From contig CAYOJH010000002.1 of assembly GCA_964404275.1 (NCBI GenBank), forward strand, positions 19,042 through 83,041: DNA of 64,000 bases. The letters are read 5' to 3'. Origin of the DNA: an uncultured Gammaproteobacteria bacterium (GTDB taxonomy: Bacteria > Patescibacteriota > Patescibacteriia > SG8-24 > DYFX01). The position numbers and the translations under genes were made by a program. This document shows, one piece after another, positions 1 through 9,795 of the stretch. Below the pieces are notes generated by a model. The model worked only from the letters and a program-made list of their open reading frames with translations. It was not told where the DNA came from and ran no database searches. How positions within the stretch are numbered: position 1 is the stretch's first letter; every line of letters begins with the position of its first letter.

Positions 1-465
1 TGGGTGATTTCCTCTCACGTGCTTGAACATCTTCCGGATTTCGACAAAGGCCTTTCCGAGATCCACCGCGTCACGAAAAAGCGCGCGATCGTGGCGCTCC
101 CGACCTGCCTCAATCTGGCCGGCGCGTCGCAGCTCGGCGGCGCAGACTTCTGGCGCCTTTCGAAACGGGCGATCATTGCCTTGCCATGGGGACTTCTCCG
201 GATCCTCGGCAACCTCGGACGCGAAGGCGTCCAGGAAGGCTACGCCGGAGTCGGTGAGCTGCCGCACATCTGGCGCTACCCCTGGGTCATGCGCCGGCGT
301 CTTGAAAGAGGCGGCTTCCGGATCACGCGTTTCGAAGCCGCGACGCTCATGCTCCCGTATTTCACCTTCCTGCTGCCGCTGGTGAAACTGCTCGACCGCG
401 CCAAGCACCTGCCATTCTTCCGCAATTTCGGCTACGGCTCCGTCGCGGTCTTGGAGAAAAAATGA
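1..465 (+). CDS. Class I SAM-dependent methyltransferase, 5' end outside the window
   Basis: ORF runs in frame from position 1 with no start. HVLEHLPD resembles the methyltransferase type-11 motif after motif II. Stop at 463-465. Confidence 0.55.
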   Translation, partial: WVISSHVLEHLPDFDKGLSEIHRVTKKRAIVALPTCLNLAGASQLGGADFWRLSKRAIIALPWGLLRILGNLGREGVQEGYAGVGELPHIWRYPWVMRRRLERGGFRITRFEAATLMLPYFTFLLPLVKLLDRAKHLPFFRNFGYGSVAVLEKK

Positions 466-499
466 ATCGCAAAAAAGCCGCGCATGCCGCGGCTTTGTG

Positions 500-1816
500 T
501 CATCGACCTTTCCGCTTCAGCACGCTGTAAATTGTCTTCAGCACGATCGCGGCGTCGAGAGCGAGCGAGCGGTATTTTAGGTAGTAGAGATCGTGGCGCA
601 GCTTCATCAAGTGGTCTTCGCGCGTGGCGGCGTAGGGGGCGGAGACTTGGGCCCAGCCCGTCAGGCCGGGGCGCACCAGGTGCCGCACGGGGAAGAGAGG
701 AATCGTTTTCGACAATTCGTCCTCGATCTCCGGACGCTCGGGACGCGGGCCGACGAAGCTCATCTCGCCGCGCAGGATGTTCCAGAGCTGGGGGATCTCG
801 TCGAGGCGCGAGGCGCGCAGGAAGCGTCCGAACGACGTGACGCGCGGATCGTGTTCCTGGGCGAAAGCGGCGCCGTGCTTTTCCGCGTCGACGCGCATCG
901 TCCGGAATTTCACGATCGTGAACGGACGGCCGCCGTGGCCCACGCGCCGCTGGCGGTAGAAGACCGGACCGCGATCCGCGATCCAAACTCCTGCGGCGAT
1001 GCAGAGCGCCAAGAGCAGCGCCGGCACGGAGAAGAGCAGGGCGAGGAGCACGTCGCAGGCCCGCTTGGCGTGCTCATAGAACGACGTTTCCTGCGCGGCG
1101 AGGTTGTCGAGGATCCAGCGCTCGTTGAGCGCCGATTCCGGCACCGCGTGGCGGATTTTTTCGTAGAACGTCGGCAGATCGAAGATCGTGACCGCCTGGA
1201 AGAATTTTCGGTACAAGCGCGCGGTCATCTCCGGAAGATGTTGCAGGTGCCGCGAGACGACGATCAAGTCGGAGGCCGGAAGGTTTTCATGCGAGCCGTC
1301 GTCCAGGACGCCGACGCAGGTATAGCCGAGATGCGTGTTCAGCTTCAGAATCTCGCAAAGCGTTCGCGCTTCTTCGCCGCCGCCGAGGAACAGCACCTTC
1401 AGGCGGAAGCGTTCGGCGGAAAACAGATCCATCGTCGCGAGCCGCCAGCCGAAGAACAGCGCCGCGTAGAGCGCGACGACGATCACGAGATTGGTTTTCG
1501 GCGCGATGCCGATGCCGGGAACGAAATAGAAGACCGCCATCGTGACCGCGAAGGCGGCGATCAACGCTTCGCCGGCGCGGGCGGCCAGCTCGATCTTGCT
1601 GCGCAAGGCGTCGAAATCGTAGAGGCCGACGATGTAGAAGATCGCGAGCCAGCAGGCGAAGACGATCGTGAACGGCCCGGCGTGCTCTGGCCAGTGCTGG
1701 CGATAGCCGGCGGGGCCGTAGCGCAGCACGAGCGCCGAGAGCAACGAAAGATAGGCGGCCAGGAGATCTCCCGCCGCCAGGATGAGCAGTTTGAATCGGC
1801 GCAGATCGCCAGCCAT
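500..1816 (-). CDS. Polyprenyl-phosphate sugar phosphotransferase (WbaP / bacterial sugar transferase family)
   Basis: C-terminal domain has PF02397-like motifs (RPFTIVKFRTM, DEIPQLWNILRGEMSFVGPRP, GLTGWAQV) after N-terminal TM helices. Start moved to the internal ATG at 1814-1816 (MAGDLRRFKLL) because the upstream part of the ORF is an R/A-rich extension. Confidence 0.8.
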   Translation of the reverse strand: MAGDLRRFKLLILAAGDLLAAYLSLLSALVLRYGPAGYRQHWPEHAGPFTIVFACWLAIFYIVGLYDFDALRSKIELAARAGEALIAAFAVTMAVFYFVPGIGIAPKTNLVIVVALYAALFFGWRLATMDLFSAERFRLKVLFLGGGEEARTLCEILKLNTHLGYTCVGVLDDGSHENLPASDLIVVSRHLQHLPEMTARLYRKFFQAVTIFDLPTFYEKIRHAVPESALNERWILDNLAAQETSFYEHAKRACDVLLALLFSVPALLLALCIAAGVWIADRGPVFYRQRRVGHGGRPFTIVKFRTMRVDAEKHGAAFAQEHDPRVTSFGRFLRASRLDEIPQLWNILRGEMSFVGPRPERPEIEDELSKTIPLFPVRHLVRPGLTGWAQVSAPYAATREDHLMKLRHDLYYLKYRSLALDAAIVLKTIYSVLKRKGR

Positions 1817-1839
1817 AGCGCCTTGAGGATAGCGAAAAA

Positions 1840-1859
1840 CGGCTTGAAACTCAAGCCGG
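1840..1859. promoter_or_regulatory. Perfect palindrome CGGCTTGAAACTCAAGCCG between two divergent genes; candidate operator
   Basis: Read directly from the sequence. A 9-bp inverted repeat with a 3-nt spacer sits in the 73-nt divergent intergenic region between the sugar-transferase gene (-) and the GT4 gene (+). Confidence 0.35.
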
Positions 1860-1889
1860 AACGGCGTAGAGTGGGAACGCATCGCACGC

Positions 1890-2972
1890 ATGCGCATCGC
1901 GTTTTTGACGACAACATTGGACGAAACCATCGGCTGGGGCCGCTATGCCGCCGGCTTTTTGGCCGAAGCGCGCCGCCGGAACGGCGCGGAAAACGTGCTC
2001 GCGCCCGATCCCGCGCGCTTGCGTTCGGGAAACATCCGCTGGAAGCAGCCGTTTCTGGCGCTCTCCGACGCTTTCGCGCTTCGGAAGGAATTGAAAAATG
2101 CCGACGTGATTCACGCGGCCATCGAGCCGGCCGCGCCGCTCGCGTTTTTCCTGTCGCTCCTGCTCCGCAAGCCGTACGTCGTGTCGGTCTGCGGCACCTT
2201 TGCCGACATCGCATCGTATTCGTGGCCGATACGCTGGCTGTATCGCTTGGCATTCCAGCGAGCCGGACGCGTTGCCGTCTTGAGTCGCTATACCTTGAAA
2301 GTGTTCGAGCGCGGCGTGAAGGACGCGAAGACGACGATTGTCTACGGAGGATTCGTGCCGGCTGCGCATGCGCCGAAAAAAGAGCGCATCAGTTCCCAGC
2401 GCCGCATCTTGGCCGTCGGCGCGATCAAGCCGCGCAAAGGATTCCACACGCTCCTCGAAGCGCTCGGTGCGCTGAAAAAAGAAGGCTTCGCCTTCCGCGC
2501 AGATTGCGTGGGACCGAAAGACGAAAGCGCGTATGTCAAAAAACTTGAAACGCGCCTCAGGGAACTCGCGCTCGAAGATGTCGTCACGTTTCACGGCCGC
2601 GTTTCGGAAGCGATGCTTCATCGGTTCTACGCGGATGCCGATCTTTTCGCGCTGCCGTCGGAGCACAGCGGCACGGCTTTCGAGGGCCTCGGTCTCGTCT
2701 ATCTTGAAGCGATGACGGTCGGCTTGCCGGTCATCGGCTGCCTCGATTCCGGCGCGGAAGACGTCATCCAAGACGGCCTGAACGGACGACTCGTGCCGCC
2801 CGGAAACGCGCAGACACTGGCGGCCGCGATCAAGGAAATTCTCGGTGATGAATCGAAGTGGAAGCAAATGAGCGAGGCCGCGCCTGGCAGCATCGAGCGC
2901 TTCCGCTGGGAAAACGTCGGCGCAGAGATGGACGCCGCCTATCGCGCCGCGCTTGCCGCGTATGCCCGCTGA
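1890..2972 (+). CDS. Glycosyltransferase family 4 (GT-B, retaining)
   Basis: C-terminal EHSGTAFEGLGLVYLEAMTVGLPVIG...DGLNG motif is typical of GT1/GT4 enzymes. Confidence 0.8.
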   Translation: MRIAFLTTTLDETIGWGRYAAGFLAEARRRNGAENVLAPDPARLRSGNIRWKQPFLALSDAFALRKELKNADVIHAAIEPAAPLAFFLSLLLRKPYVVSVCGTFADIASYSWPIRWLYRLAFQRAGRVAVLSRYTLKVFERGVKDAKTTIVYGGFVPAAHAPKKERISSQRRILAVGAIKPRKGFHTLLEALGALKKEGFAFRADCVGPKDESAYVKKLETRLRELALEDVVTFHGRVSEAMLHRFYADADLFALPSEHSGTAFEGLGLVYLEAMTVGLPVIGCLDSGAEDVIQDGLNGRLVPPGNAQTLAAAIKEILGDESKWKQMSEAAPGSIERFRWENVGAEMDAAYRAALAAYAR

Positions 2973-3933
2973 ACGCTTACGCGGTCTCTTCGGCGAACGC
3001 GTGAAAGAACGCGAAGCGCTGGCCAAGCACGTCAACATCCGCTTGGGCGGTCCGGCCGATTTTTATTTCGAAGCGAAAACCTCCGACGAGCTCGCGCAGG
3101 TCGTCGAAGCCGCGCTCGCGGATGGCTTGTCGTACGCCGTCCTCGGCGGGGGATCGAACACGTTGCCGAGCGACGAAGGCTTCCGCGGCCTGGTCATTCA
3201 AGCCTCGAATCGCGGCTGGAAGATCGAGGGCGCGCGCGTGTCGGCCGAAGCGGGCGTGCCGTCGGGTTTCTTGGCGCGTAAAACGGCCGAAGCGGGACTG
3301 ACGGGCTTCGAATGGGCGGTCTCGCTGCCGGGCACGATCGGCGGCGCGGTGCGCGGCAACGCGGGCTGCTTCGGCGGAGAAACGAAGGATGCGCTCGTGT
3401 CCGTCGAAACGCTACGCGTCAATGGCGGAACGACGGAACGCGTGACGTATGACAAGGAAGCCTGCGCCTTCGGCTACCGCGATTCCGTTTTCAAGCGGAA
3501 CGGCGAGGTGATCCTGTCAGCGACGTTCACGCTTGCGCCGGCTTCGAAAGAAACATGCCTCACCAAGCTCGAAGCCGTGCTTGCAGAGCGAAAGGAAGAG
3601 CAGCCGAGCAACGCGCCCTCCGCCGGCTGCATGTTCAAGAATTTCGAATTCAAGGACGAAAGCGAGGTCTCGACATTGAAAAGCGCCGCGCGCGTCCCCG
3701 AAGCTTTTTTGGCCGCCAAGCGCATTCCCGCCGGCTGGCTGATCGAGCGGTCCGGCCTCAAGGGCGCCACGATCGGCGGCGCGCAGGTGTCCGAGAAGCA
3801 CGGTAATTTCTTGGTGAATCTCGGAAACGCGACGGCGTCGGACGTGGTGCAGCTCATCTCGCGGATCAAGATGAAGATCCGCGACGGGTACGGCCTCCAG
3901 CTCGAGGAAGAAGTGCAGCTGCTGGGTTTTTAA
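2953..3933 (+). CDS. murB: UDP-N-acetylenolpyruvoylglucosamine reductase (MurB)
   Basis: FAD-binding N-terminus (NIRLGGPADFY...AVLGGGSN) and MurB C-terminal domain. Overlaps the preceding gene by 20 nt. Confidence 0.85.
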   Translation: MPRMPAERLRGLFGERVKEREALAKHVNIRLGGPADFYFEAKTSDELAQVVEAALADGLSYAVLGGGSNTLPSDEGFRGLVIQASNRGWKIEGARVSAEAGVPSGFLARKTAEAGLTGFEWAVSLPGTIGGAVRGNAGCFGGETKDALVSVETLRVNGGTTERVTYDKEACAFGYRDSVFKRNGEVILSATFTLAPASKETCLTKLEAVLAERKEEQPSNAPSAGCMFKNFEFKDESEVSTLKSAARVPEAFLAAKRIPAGWLIERSGLKGATIGGAQVSEKHGNFLVNLGNATASDVVQLISRIKMKIRDGYGLQLEEEVQLLGF

Positions 3934-3941
3934 GCGCTTTC

Positions 3942-5243
3942 ATGTCGACACTCCGCGAGAAAGCCAAGCGCGTGCTGGCCTGGTCCCAGACCTATGCCAA
4001 AACCGACATGGTCTATGTGGCCAAGAGCGGTTTTTGGACCACGCTGAATTTCGCGGTCGGCGGCGCGGTCGCGCTGCTGCTCGCGGCCGCTTTCGCCAAC
4101 CTGCTGCCGAAAGAAACCTACGGTACCTATAAATACATCCTGTCGATCGCCGGCGCCTTCGGTTTCCTGTCGCTGACCGGCATGAACACGGCGGTGACTC
4201 GCGCGACCGCGCGCGGTCATGACGGCGCGCTGCCGGAATCGGTCCGGATCCAGCTGCGTTGGAATCTGATCTACACCGCGGTCCTGACCTGCTTGGGCGC
4301 GTACTACCTGGTGCGCCACGGCGCGTTCGCGCTCGGCGTTTCGCTGTTGATCCTGGGCGCGCTGACGCCGCCGGCCTGGGCCTTCGCCACCTTCTCGTCG
4401 CTCTTGGCCGGCAAGAAGGATTTCAAACGAAGTGCCAAATATTCGATCCTCGGCTCGCTGCTGTACCTGGCGATCATGCTGATCGGCATCGTCTTCGGCC
4501 GCTCGCCGACGTGGCTGGTCGTCGCGTACGCGATCAGCAACTGCCTCGTGTACGCGCTGCTCTACGCGCTGACGATCGCCAGATACAAGCCGAAAGGCAT
4601 GGACGCGGCCGAGCGCCGCGAGATGCTCGACTTCAGCAAGCACCTCAGCGTCGTGAACGTCTTCGCCACGATCGCGCAGCAGATCGACAATATCGCGGTC
4701 TTCAAATTCCTGGGGCCCGCGCAGCTGGCCGTCTATGCCTTCGCCGGACTCATGCCCGACCGGATCCGCAATTTCGGCAAGACGGGCATGGGCATCATCA
4801 TGCCCAAGCTTTCGGCCAAGAATCTGCCGGAGGTCATGCGCTCGTTTCGTTTGCGTCTCGTCCAAAGCTTCGCGATCGGCACGCTCTTCGCCGTCGGCTA
4901 CGTGCTGATCGCGCCGCCACTCTTCCGTCTGTTATTTCCGCGCTACGTCGACGCGATCTTGTATTCGCAACTGATCGCCCTGAACCTGGTCTTCACGGTG
5001 CCGATCACCTACATGGCCTACGTCCACCAATCCCAGAAGCTGATTCCCGAGATTTACGCGACCAGCCTGGCGTCAAACGGGTTGCGCATCGCGCTCATGC
5101 CGATCGGCGGCGCACTTTTCGGCATCCTGGGCGTGATCGCGGGCAAGTTGGTCGGCAACATGTTCGGCGTGCTCATCAGCGCCCTGGCGCTGAGGCGGGC
5201 GCTCAAGCGGCACGCGGTTGCCAGTTCTGAGCCCGTCGCGTAG
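3942..5243 (+). CDS. Polysaccharide flippase, Wzx-like (MOP superfamily)
   Basis: About 12 predicted TM segments. Paralogous to 16379-17671 (shared GFW...FANLLPKETYGTYKY region). Confidence 0.75.
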   Translation: MSTLREKAKRVLAWSQTYAKTDMVYVAKSGFWTTLNFAVGGAVALLLAAAFANLLPKETYGTYKYILSIAGAFGFLSLTGMNTAVTRATARGHDGALPESVRIQLRWNLIYTAVLTCLGAYYLVRHGAFALGVSLLILGALTPPAWAFATFSSLLAGKKDFKRSAKYSILGSLLYLAIMLIGIVFGRSPTWLVVAYAISNCLVYALLYALTIARYKPKGMDAAERREMLDFSKHLSVVNVFATIAQQIDNIAVFKFLGPAQLAVYAFAGLMPDRIRNFGKTGMGIIMPKLSAKNLPEVMRSFRLRLVQSFAIGTLFAVGYVLIAPPLFRLLFPRYVDAILYSQLIALNLVFTVPITYMAYVHQSQKLIPEIYATSLASNGLRIALMPIGGALFGILGVIAGKLVGNMFGVLISALALRRALKRHAVASSEPVA

Positions 5244-5254
5244 ACTCTCGGCGT

Positions 5255-6259
5255 ATGCAGAAAACCGCTTTCGTCACCGGCATCCTTGGCCAGGACGGCC
5301 CGTATCTCGCGCAGCTGCTTCATGAGAAAGGCTATCGCGTCTACGGCCTGATTCCGCGCCACTCGAATCCGAATTTTTCGAATACGGATTACCTCGGCGT
5401 GACCGACGCGATCGAATTCGTGACCGGCGACATGTCGGATGAAGGCTCGCTCCTGCACCTCATCCGCGCGACGCGGCCGGACGAAGTCTATAACCTGGCG
5501 GCGCAGTCGTTCGTCGGCGCGTCCTGGGATCTCGCCAGGCTGACGACCGAAGTCAACGCCCTCGGCGTGCTCTATCTTTTGAACGCGATCAAACATCATC
5601 AGCCGACCGCCAAATTTTATCAGGCCTCGACCAGCGAAATGTTCGGCAACAGTTCGGAGGACGGCGGCGTGCAGACGGAAAACACGCCCTTTCATCCGCG
5701 CAGCCCGTACGCCATCTCGAAATTGTACGCGTATTGGATGACGGTCAATTTCCGCGAAAGTTACGGCATGTTCACGGCCAATGGCATCCTCTTCAACCAC
5801 GAATCGCCGATCCGCGGCAAGGAATTCGTGACGCGCAAGATTACCGACGGCGTCGCCAGGATCAAGCTCGGTCTGGCCGACGAGATCCGCCTCGGCAACC
5901 TCGACGCGCGCCGCGACTGGGGTTTCGCCGGCGACTACGTCGACGCGATGTGGCGGATGCTTCAGCAGCATGAAGGAAACGACTATCTCGTCTCGACGGG
6001 GGAGACGCATTCGATCCGCGAATTCCTGGACGCCGCCTTCGCGCACGCCGGCGTCGAAGATTGGCAACACTACGTGAAGATTGATCCGCGCCACAAGCGC
6101 CCGGCCGAAGTCAACGTGCTTCAGGGCAAGGCGCACAAAGCCGCCGAAACGCTCGGCTGGAAACCGACCGTCGGCTTCCAGGAACTCGTGGCCATGATGG
6201 TCGACGCCGATCTGGAACGCCACAGAGCGACGCTTGCCAAACGCGTCTTTTCGGTATAA
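5255..6259 (+). CDS. gmd: GDP-mannose 4,6-dehydratase
   Basis: N-terminus FVTGILGQDGPYLAQLLHEKGYRVYGLIPRHS plus SDR catalytic motifs (YAISKLYAYW). Confidence 0.9.
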   Translation: MQKTAFVTGILGQDGPYLAQLLHEKGYRVYGLIPRHSNPNFSNTDYLGVTDAIEFVTGDMSDEGSLLHLIRATRPDEVYNLAAQSFVGASWDLARLTTEVNALGVLYLLNAIKHHQPTAKFYQASTSEMFGNSSEDGGVQTENTPFHPRSPYAISKLYAYWMTVNFRESYGMFTANGILFNHESPIRGKEFVTRKITDGVARIKLGLADEIRLGNLDARRDWGFAGDYVDAMWRMLQQHEGNDYLVSTGETHSIREFLDAAFAHAGVEDWQHYVKIDPRHKRPAEVNVLQGKAHKAAETLGWKPTVGFQELVAMMVDADLERHRATLAKRVFSV

Positions 6260-6275
6260 ACTGCCCTCACCCCAT

Positions 6276-6587
6276 ATGCGTATCAATCGCATCAAAGCCA
6301 CCGGAATCGAGCTGACCGACGCCATCAAGGATGCTGTCGAGAAGGAAATGTCCTCGCTTGACGAGCTTGTTTCTCGCTGGGGCGAGGCCGTGCACGCCGA
6401 CGTCGAAGTCGGCCGGACCTCGAACCACCATCACAAAGGCGACGTGCATCGCGCCGAGATCAACCTGCACCTGGGCGGCAAGACGCTGCGCGCCGAGCAC
6501 GAAGGCCAAGACCTCTACGTCGTCATCAAAGAGACGGTGCGCACGATGCATCGCGAAGTGGTCAAGGAAAAGGAACGCCACGGCTGA
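6276..6587 (+). CDS. hpf: Ribosome hibernation promoting factor (HPF/RaiA family)
   Basis: MRINRIKATGIELTDAIKDAVEKEM...VEVG...HLGGKTL matches the YfiA/HPF fold. Lies directly upstream of secA. Confidence 0.8.
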   Translation: MRINRIKATGIELTDAIKDAVEKEMSSLDELVSRWGEAVHADVEVGRTSNHHHKGDVHRAEINLHLGGKTLRAEHEGQDLYVVIKETVRTMHREVVKEKERHG

Positions 6588-6593
6588 ACCCGC

Positions 6594-9344
6594 ATGTCCA
6601 TCTTCCGGAAGATTTTCGGCGATCCGAACGCCCGCGTCGTCGCCAACCTCCAACCCGTCGTCGACCGGATCAACGCGCTTGAAAAAGACATCCAAGCGCT
6701 CTCCGACGACGGCCTGGCGGCCAAAACCGGCGAACTCAAAGAGCGTTTGAAGAACGGCGCGACGCTTGATGATGTCCTGCCGGAAGCGTTTGCGTTGGTC
6801 CGCGAAGCCGCGCGCCGGACGCTCGGGCAGCGCCACTACGACGTTCAGCTGGTCGGCGGCATGGTCCTGCATGAAGGCGGCATCGCCGAAATGCGGACCG
6901 GTGAAGGCAAAACGCTGGTCGCCACCACGTCCGTCTATTTGAATGCGCTCGAAGGCAAGGGCGTGCACGTCATCACCGTCAACGATTATCTCGCGCGCCG
7001 CGACGCCGGTTGGATGGGCCGCGTCTATCATCGCTTGGGCCTCTCGACGGCCTGCATCAACCATCAGTCCGCCTACCGCTACGATCCGCTGTACAAGGCG
7101 GCGGCGAAGCCGGAAGAGGGCGCGGCGGTCGAAATCAAAGCCGTCGACACGACGGCCGCGTTTCATGTCGACATGGACGAGATGCGCCCGATCGGGCGCA
7201 AGGAGGCCTACCTGGCCGACATCACCTACGGCACCAACAACGAATTCGGTTTCGATTACCTGCGCGACAACATGGTGACCGTGCCGGATCAGGCGGTCCA
7301 GCGCGAACTGCACTACGCGGTCGTCGATGAAATCGACTCGATCTTGATCGACGAAGCGCGCACGCCGCTCATCATTTCCGCGCCGGCCGAGGAATCTTCG
7401 GAGCAGTATTATCATTTCGCCGACGTCGTCCGTCCGCTTGAAGAGGGGAAGGATTACAACGTCGATGAAAAGATGCGCGGCGTGGCCTACACGGAAGACG
7501 GCCAGAACCGCGTTTCGAAAGCGCTGAACAACGATCCGTGGAAGACGTCGGACATCATCACGATCTATCACTTGGAAGCCGCGTTGCGCGCCAAGGCGCT
7601 CTTCCATCTCGACAAGGAATACGTCGTGCGCGACGGCGAAGTCGTGATCGTCGACGAATTCACCGGCCGCCTCATGCCGGGCCGCCGCTATTCGGAAGGC
7701 CTGCATCAGGCCATCGAGGCCAAAGAAAAAGTCAAGATCCAGCGCGAAAGCCGCACGCTCGCGACCGTCACGTTCCAAAATTATTTCCGTTTGTACAAAA
7801 AATTGTCGGGCATGACAGGCACTGCGGCCACCGAGGCCGAGGAATTCGCCAAGATCTACAAGCTCGAAGTCACCACCATCCCGACCAACAAGCCGGCCCA
7901 GCGCCTCGACCTGACGGATCGCGTCTACAAAAACCATTCGGGAAAGTTCGCGGCCGCGGTGCAGGAAATCAAGGCGCGTCACGAAAAAGGCCAGCCCGTC
8001 CTGGTCGGCACGATTTCGATCGACCAGAACGAAGAACTTTCGCATCTCCTCGAACTCGAAGGCGTGCCGCATCAGGTGCTGAACGCCAAGAACCATGAGC
8101 GCGAAGGCGAAATCATCGCGCAAGCCGGCCGCAAGAGCGGCGTGACGATCGCCACCAACATGGCCGGCCGCGGCGTCGACATCATCTTGGGCGGCAACCC
8201 GTACGAGGCGGCCAAGGCCGCGGAAGTCCGCGAGCTCGGCGGCCTGATGGTCATCGGCACCGAGCGTCATGAATCGCGCCGCATCGACAACCAGCTTCGC
8301 GGCCGCGCCGGCCGCCAGGGCGATCCGGGCACCTCGCAATTCTACGTCTCGATGGAAGACGATTTGATGCGCATCTTCGGTTCGGACCGGATGAAGAACA
8401 TGATGGACAAGCTCGGCATTCCCGACGACATGCCGATCGAGAACGGCCTGGTCTCCAAGTCGATCGAATCCGCGCAGCACAAAGTGGAAGGCCACAACTT
8501 CGACATCCGCAAGCACCTCCTCGAATACGACGACGTGCTCAACAAGCATCGCGAAGGCTTCTATCGTCGCCGCAAGGAAATGCTGTTGTCGGACGGCGAA
8601 ACCGTCCGGACGAGCGTCTTCGAGATGATCGAGCGCGAAGTCGAACAGGTGACGCTCTTCCACACGCCGACCGAAAACGAAGCGGAGTGGAACCTCGAGG
8701 AAATCTACGAGGTCATGTCGACGATCTTCCCCGTGCCGAACGAGACGCGCATCAAGATGGACGGCATCCACACCGCTCTCGAGGCGAAAGAGGACAAGCT
8801 GGCCGGCATCCACGCCCGCACGGCCATCATCCAATACCTGACCGGCATCGCCCGCGCCCAGTTCGACAAGATCGAGCGCGAGATCGGCCTCGAGATGCTG
8901 ACGCAGGTCTGCCGCGGCTTGTCGCTGCGCGCCATGGACAACTTCTGGATCGAGCATCTCGACGCGATCGATCACCTGCGCAAAGGCATCGGCCTGCGTG
9001 GCTACGGCCAGCGCGATCCGCTCGTCGAATACAAGAAGGAGGCCTATCGCATGTGGAACGAATTGCTCCATGCGATCGAGCGCCAGATCGTCTACGCCGT
9101 CTACAAAGTCCAAGTCGCCGCCCAATTCGCGCCGTCGCTTTTGGAACAGGGTGGCATCACCGTCAGCGCGCCGGCCAAAGAATCCCCCTTCGCCAAGGCT
9201 TCGGGGGACGAGGGGTTGTTTGATAAAGCGCCAGCCACGAGCATCGACGCAGGCTTGCCCGCCGTAGCTTCAGCGAAGGTGGGCCGCAACGACCCGTGCC
9301 CGTGCGGCTCGGGAAAGAAGTATAAGAAGTGCCACGGGGCCTGA
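6594..9344 (+). CDS. secA: Preprotein translocase ATPase SecA
   Basis: Full-length 916 aa with DEAD-like motor motifs and the C-terminal zinc-binding tail [14 protein letters not shown]. Confidence 0.97.
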   Translation: MSIFRKIFGDPNARVVANLQPVVDRINALEKDIQALSDDGLAAKTGELKERLKNGATLDDVLPEAFALVREAARRTLGQRHYDVQLVGGMVLHEGGIAEMRTGEGKTLVATTSVYLNALEGKGVHVITVNDYLARRDAGWMGRVYHRLGLSTACINHQSAYRYDPLYKAAAKPEEGAAVEIKAVDTTAAFHVDMDEMRPIGRKEAYLADITYGTNNEFGFDYLRDNMVTVPDQAVQRELHYAVVDEIDSILIDEARTPLIISAPAEESSEQYYHFADVVRPLEEGKDYNVDEKMRGVAYTEDGQNRVSKALNNDPWKTSDIITIYHLEAALRAKALFHLDKEYVVRDGEVVIVDEFTGRLMPGRRYSEGLHQAIEAKEKVKIQRESRTLATVTFQNYFRLYKKLSGMTGTAATEAEEFAKIYKLEVTTIPTNKPAQRLDLTDRVYKNHSGKFAAAVQEIKARHEKGQPVLVGTISIDQNEELSHLLELEGVPHQVLNAKNHEREGEIIAQAGRKSGVTIATNMAGRGVDIILGGNPYEAAKAAEVRELGGLMVIGTERHESRRIDNQLRGRAGRQGDPGTSQFYVSMEDDLMRIFGSDRMKNMMDKLGIPDDMPIENGLVSKSIESAQHKVEGHNFDIRKHLLEYDDVLNKHREGFYRRRKEMLLSDGETVRTSVFEMIEREVEQVTLFHTPTENEAEWNLEEIYEVMSTIFPVPNETRIKMDGIHTALEAKEDKLAGIHARTAIIQYLTGIARAQFDKIEREIGLEMLTQVCRGLSLRAMDNFWIEHLDAIDHLRKGIGLRGYGQRDPLVEYKKEAYRMWNELLHAIERQIVYAVYKVQVAAQFAPSLLEQGGITVSAPAKESPFAKASGDEGLFDKAPATSIDAGLPAVASAKVGRNDPCPCGSGKKYKKCHGA

Positions 9345-9350
9345 CGAGAC

Positions 9351-9380
9351 GGAAAGAAAAAACCTCCCTTGATCGGGAGG
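9351..9380 (-). terminator. Rho-independent terminator for the minus-strand gene 9381-9737
   Basis: Hairpin CCTCCC-ttgatc-GGGAGG followed on the minus strand by TTTTTTCTTTCC. It lies between the convergent secA and the Cys-rich gene. Confidence 0.7.
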
Positions 9381-9737
9381 TCAGCCGAAGTCGACTTCGA
9401 AGTCGCGGCCGCAGGTCGGGCAATGGTAGGGGACGACGTCGCCCTCCCATTCGGGGTTGACGTCGACGGCCTCGACATGGATCCAGTACTCGGACGCGGG
9501 CGCGTCGGCGGGACAGGGGTGATCCTTGGTGCAGTACTTGGTCTTGACCATGAAGTCGTGCGCCCAGTCCTGGGTATAGCGACAGCCATCTTCGGCGCAG
9601 CGCCAGCCGGCCGTCTCGGCTCTGAGCGGCGCGTCCGGATGGGTCGGGCACGTGAACGGGCGCATCGAGCCCCAGCGCTGCCAGGCGTTGAGGGCTTCGA
9701 CCTGGGCGTCGTTGAACGGCGCTTGGATTTTCGACAT
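9381..9737 (-). CDS. Small cysteine-rich protein, putative zinc-ribbon protein (118 aa)
   Basis: Eight Cys in CP/CxxC-like pairs (FTCPTHP, RCAEDGC, YCTKDHPCP, HCPTCG). GGAG Shine-Dalgarno 7 nt upstream of the ATG at 9737; terminator immediately after the stop. Confidence 0.6.
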   Translation of the reverse strand: MSKIQAPFNDAQVEALNAWQRWGSMRPFTCPTHPDAPLRAETAGWRCAEDGCRYTQDWAHDFMVKTKYCTKDHPCPADAPASEYWIHVEAVDVNPEWEGDVVPYHCPTCGRDFEVDFG

Positions 9738-9795
9738 GACGGCTCCTGAAAAAGGACGAGGGTCTACAGACGGTATACCATGACCGGAATCGGAC

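Noticed and set aside
481-540. Apparent 1-nt discrepancy between my manual coordinate count and the ORF track near the 500..1930 stop
   Set aside because: The printed line at 481 shows 59 letters. ORF-track coordinates were trusted and used.
593-2548. 651-aa plus-strand ORF
   Set aside because: It is R/A/G/E-rich with no domain. It lies antisense to or out of frame with the sugar transferase and GT4 genes. This is a GC-content artefact.
3930-4865. 311-aa minus-strand ORF and 4259-5230 plus-strand ORF
   Set aside because: They overlap the Wzx flippase, in antisense and an alternate frame respectively. R/D/A/G-rich.
5054-6328. 424-aa minus-strand ORF
   Set aside because: It is antisense to gmd and has no recognizable motif.
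6267-9125. 952-aa minus-strand ORF
   Set aside because: It is antisense to secA. D/R/A/G-rich composition and no stop codons only because of GC bias.
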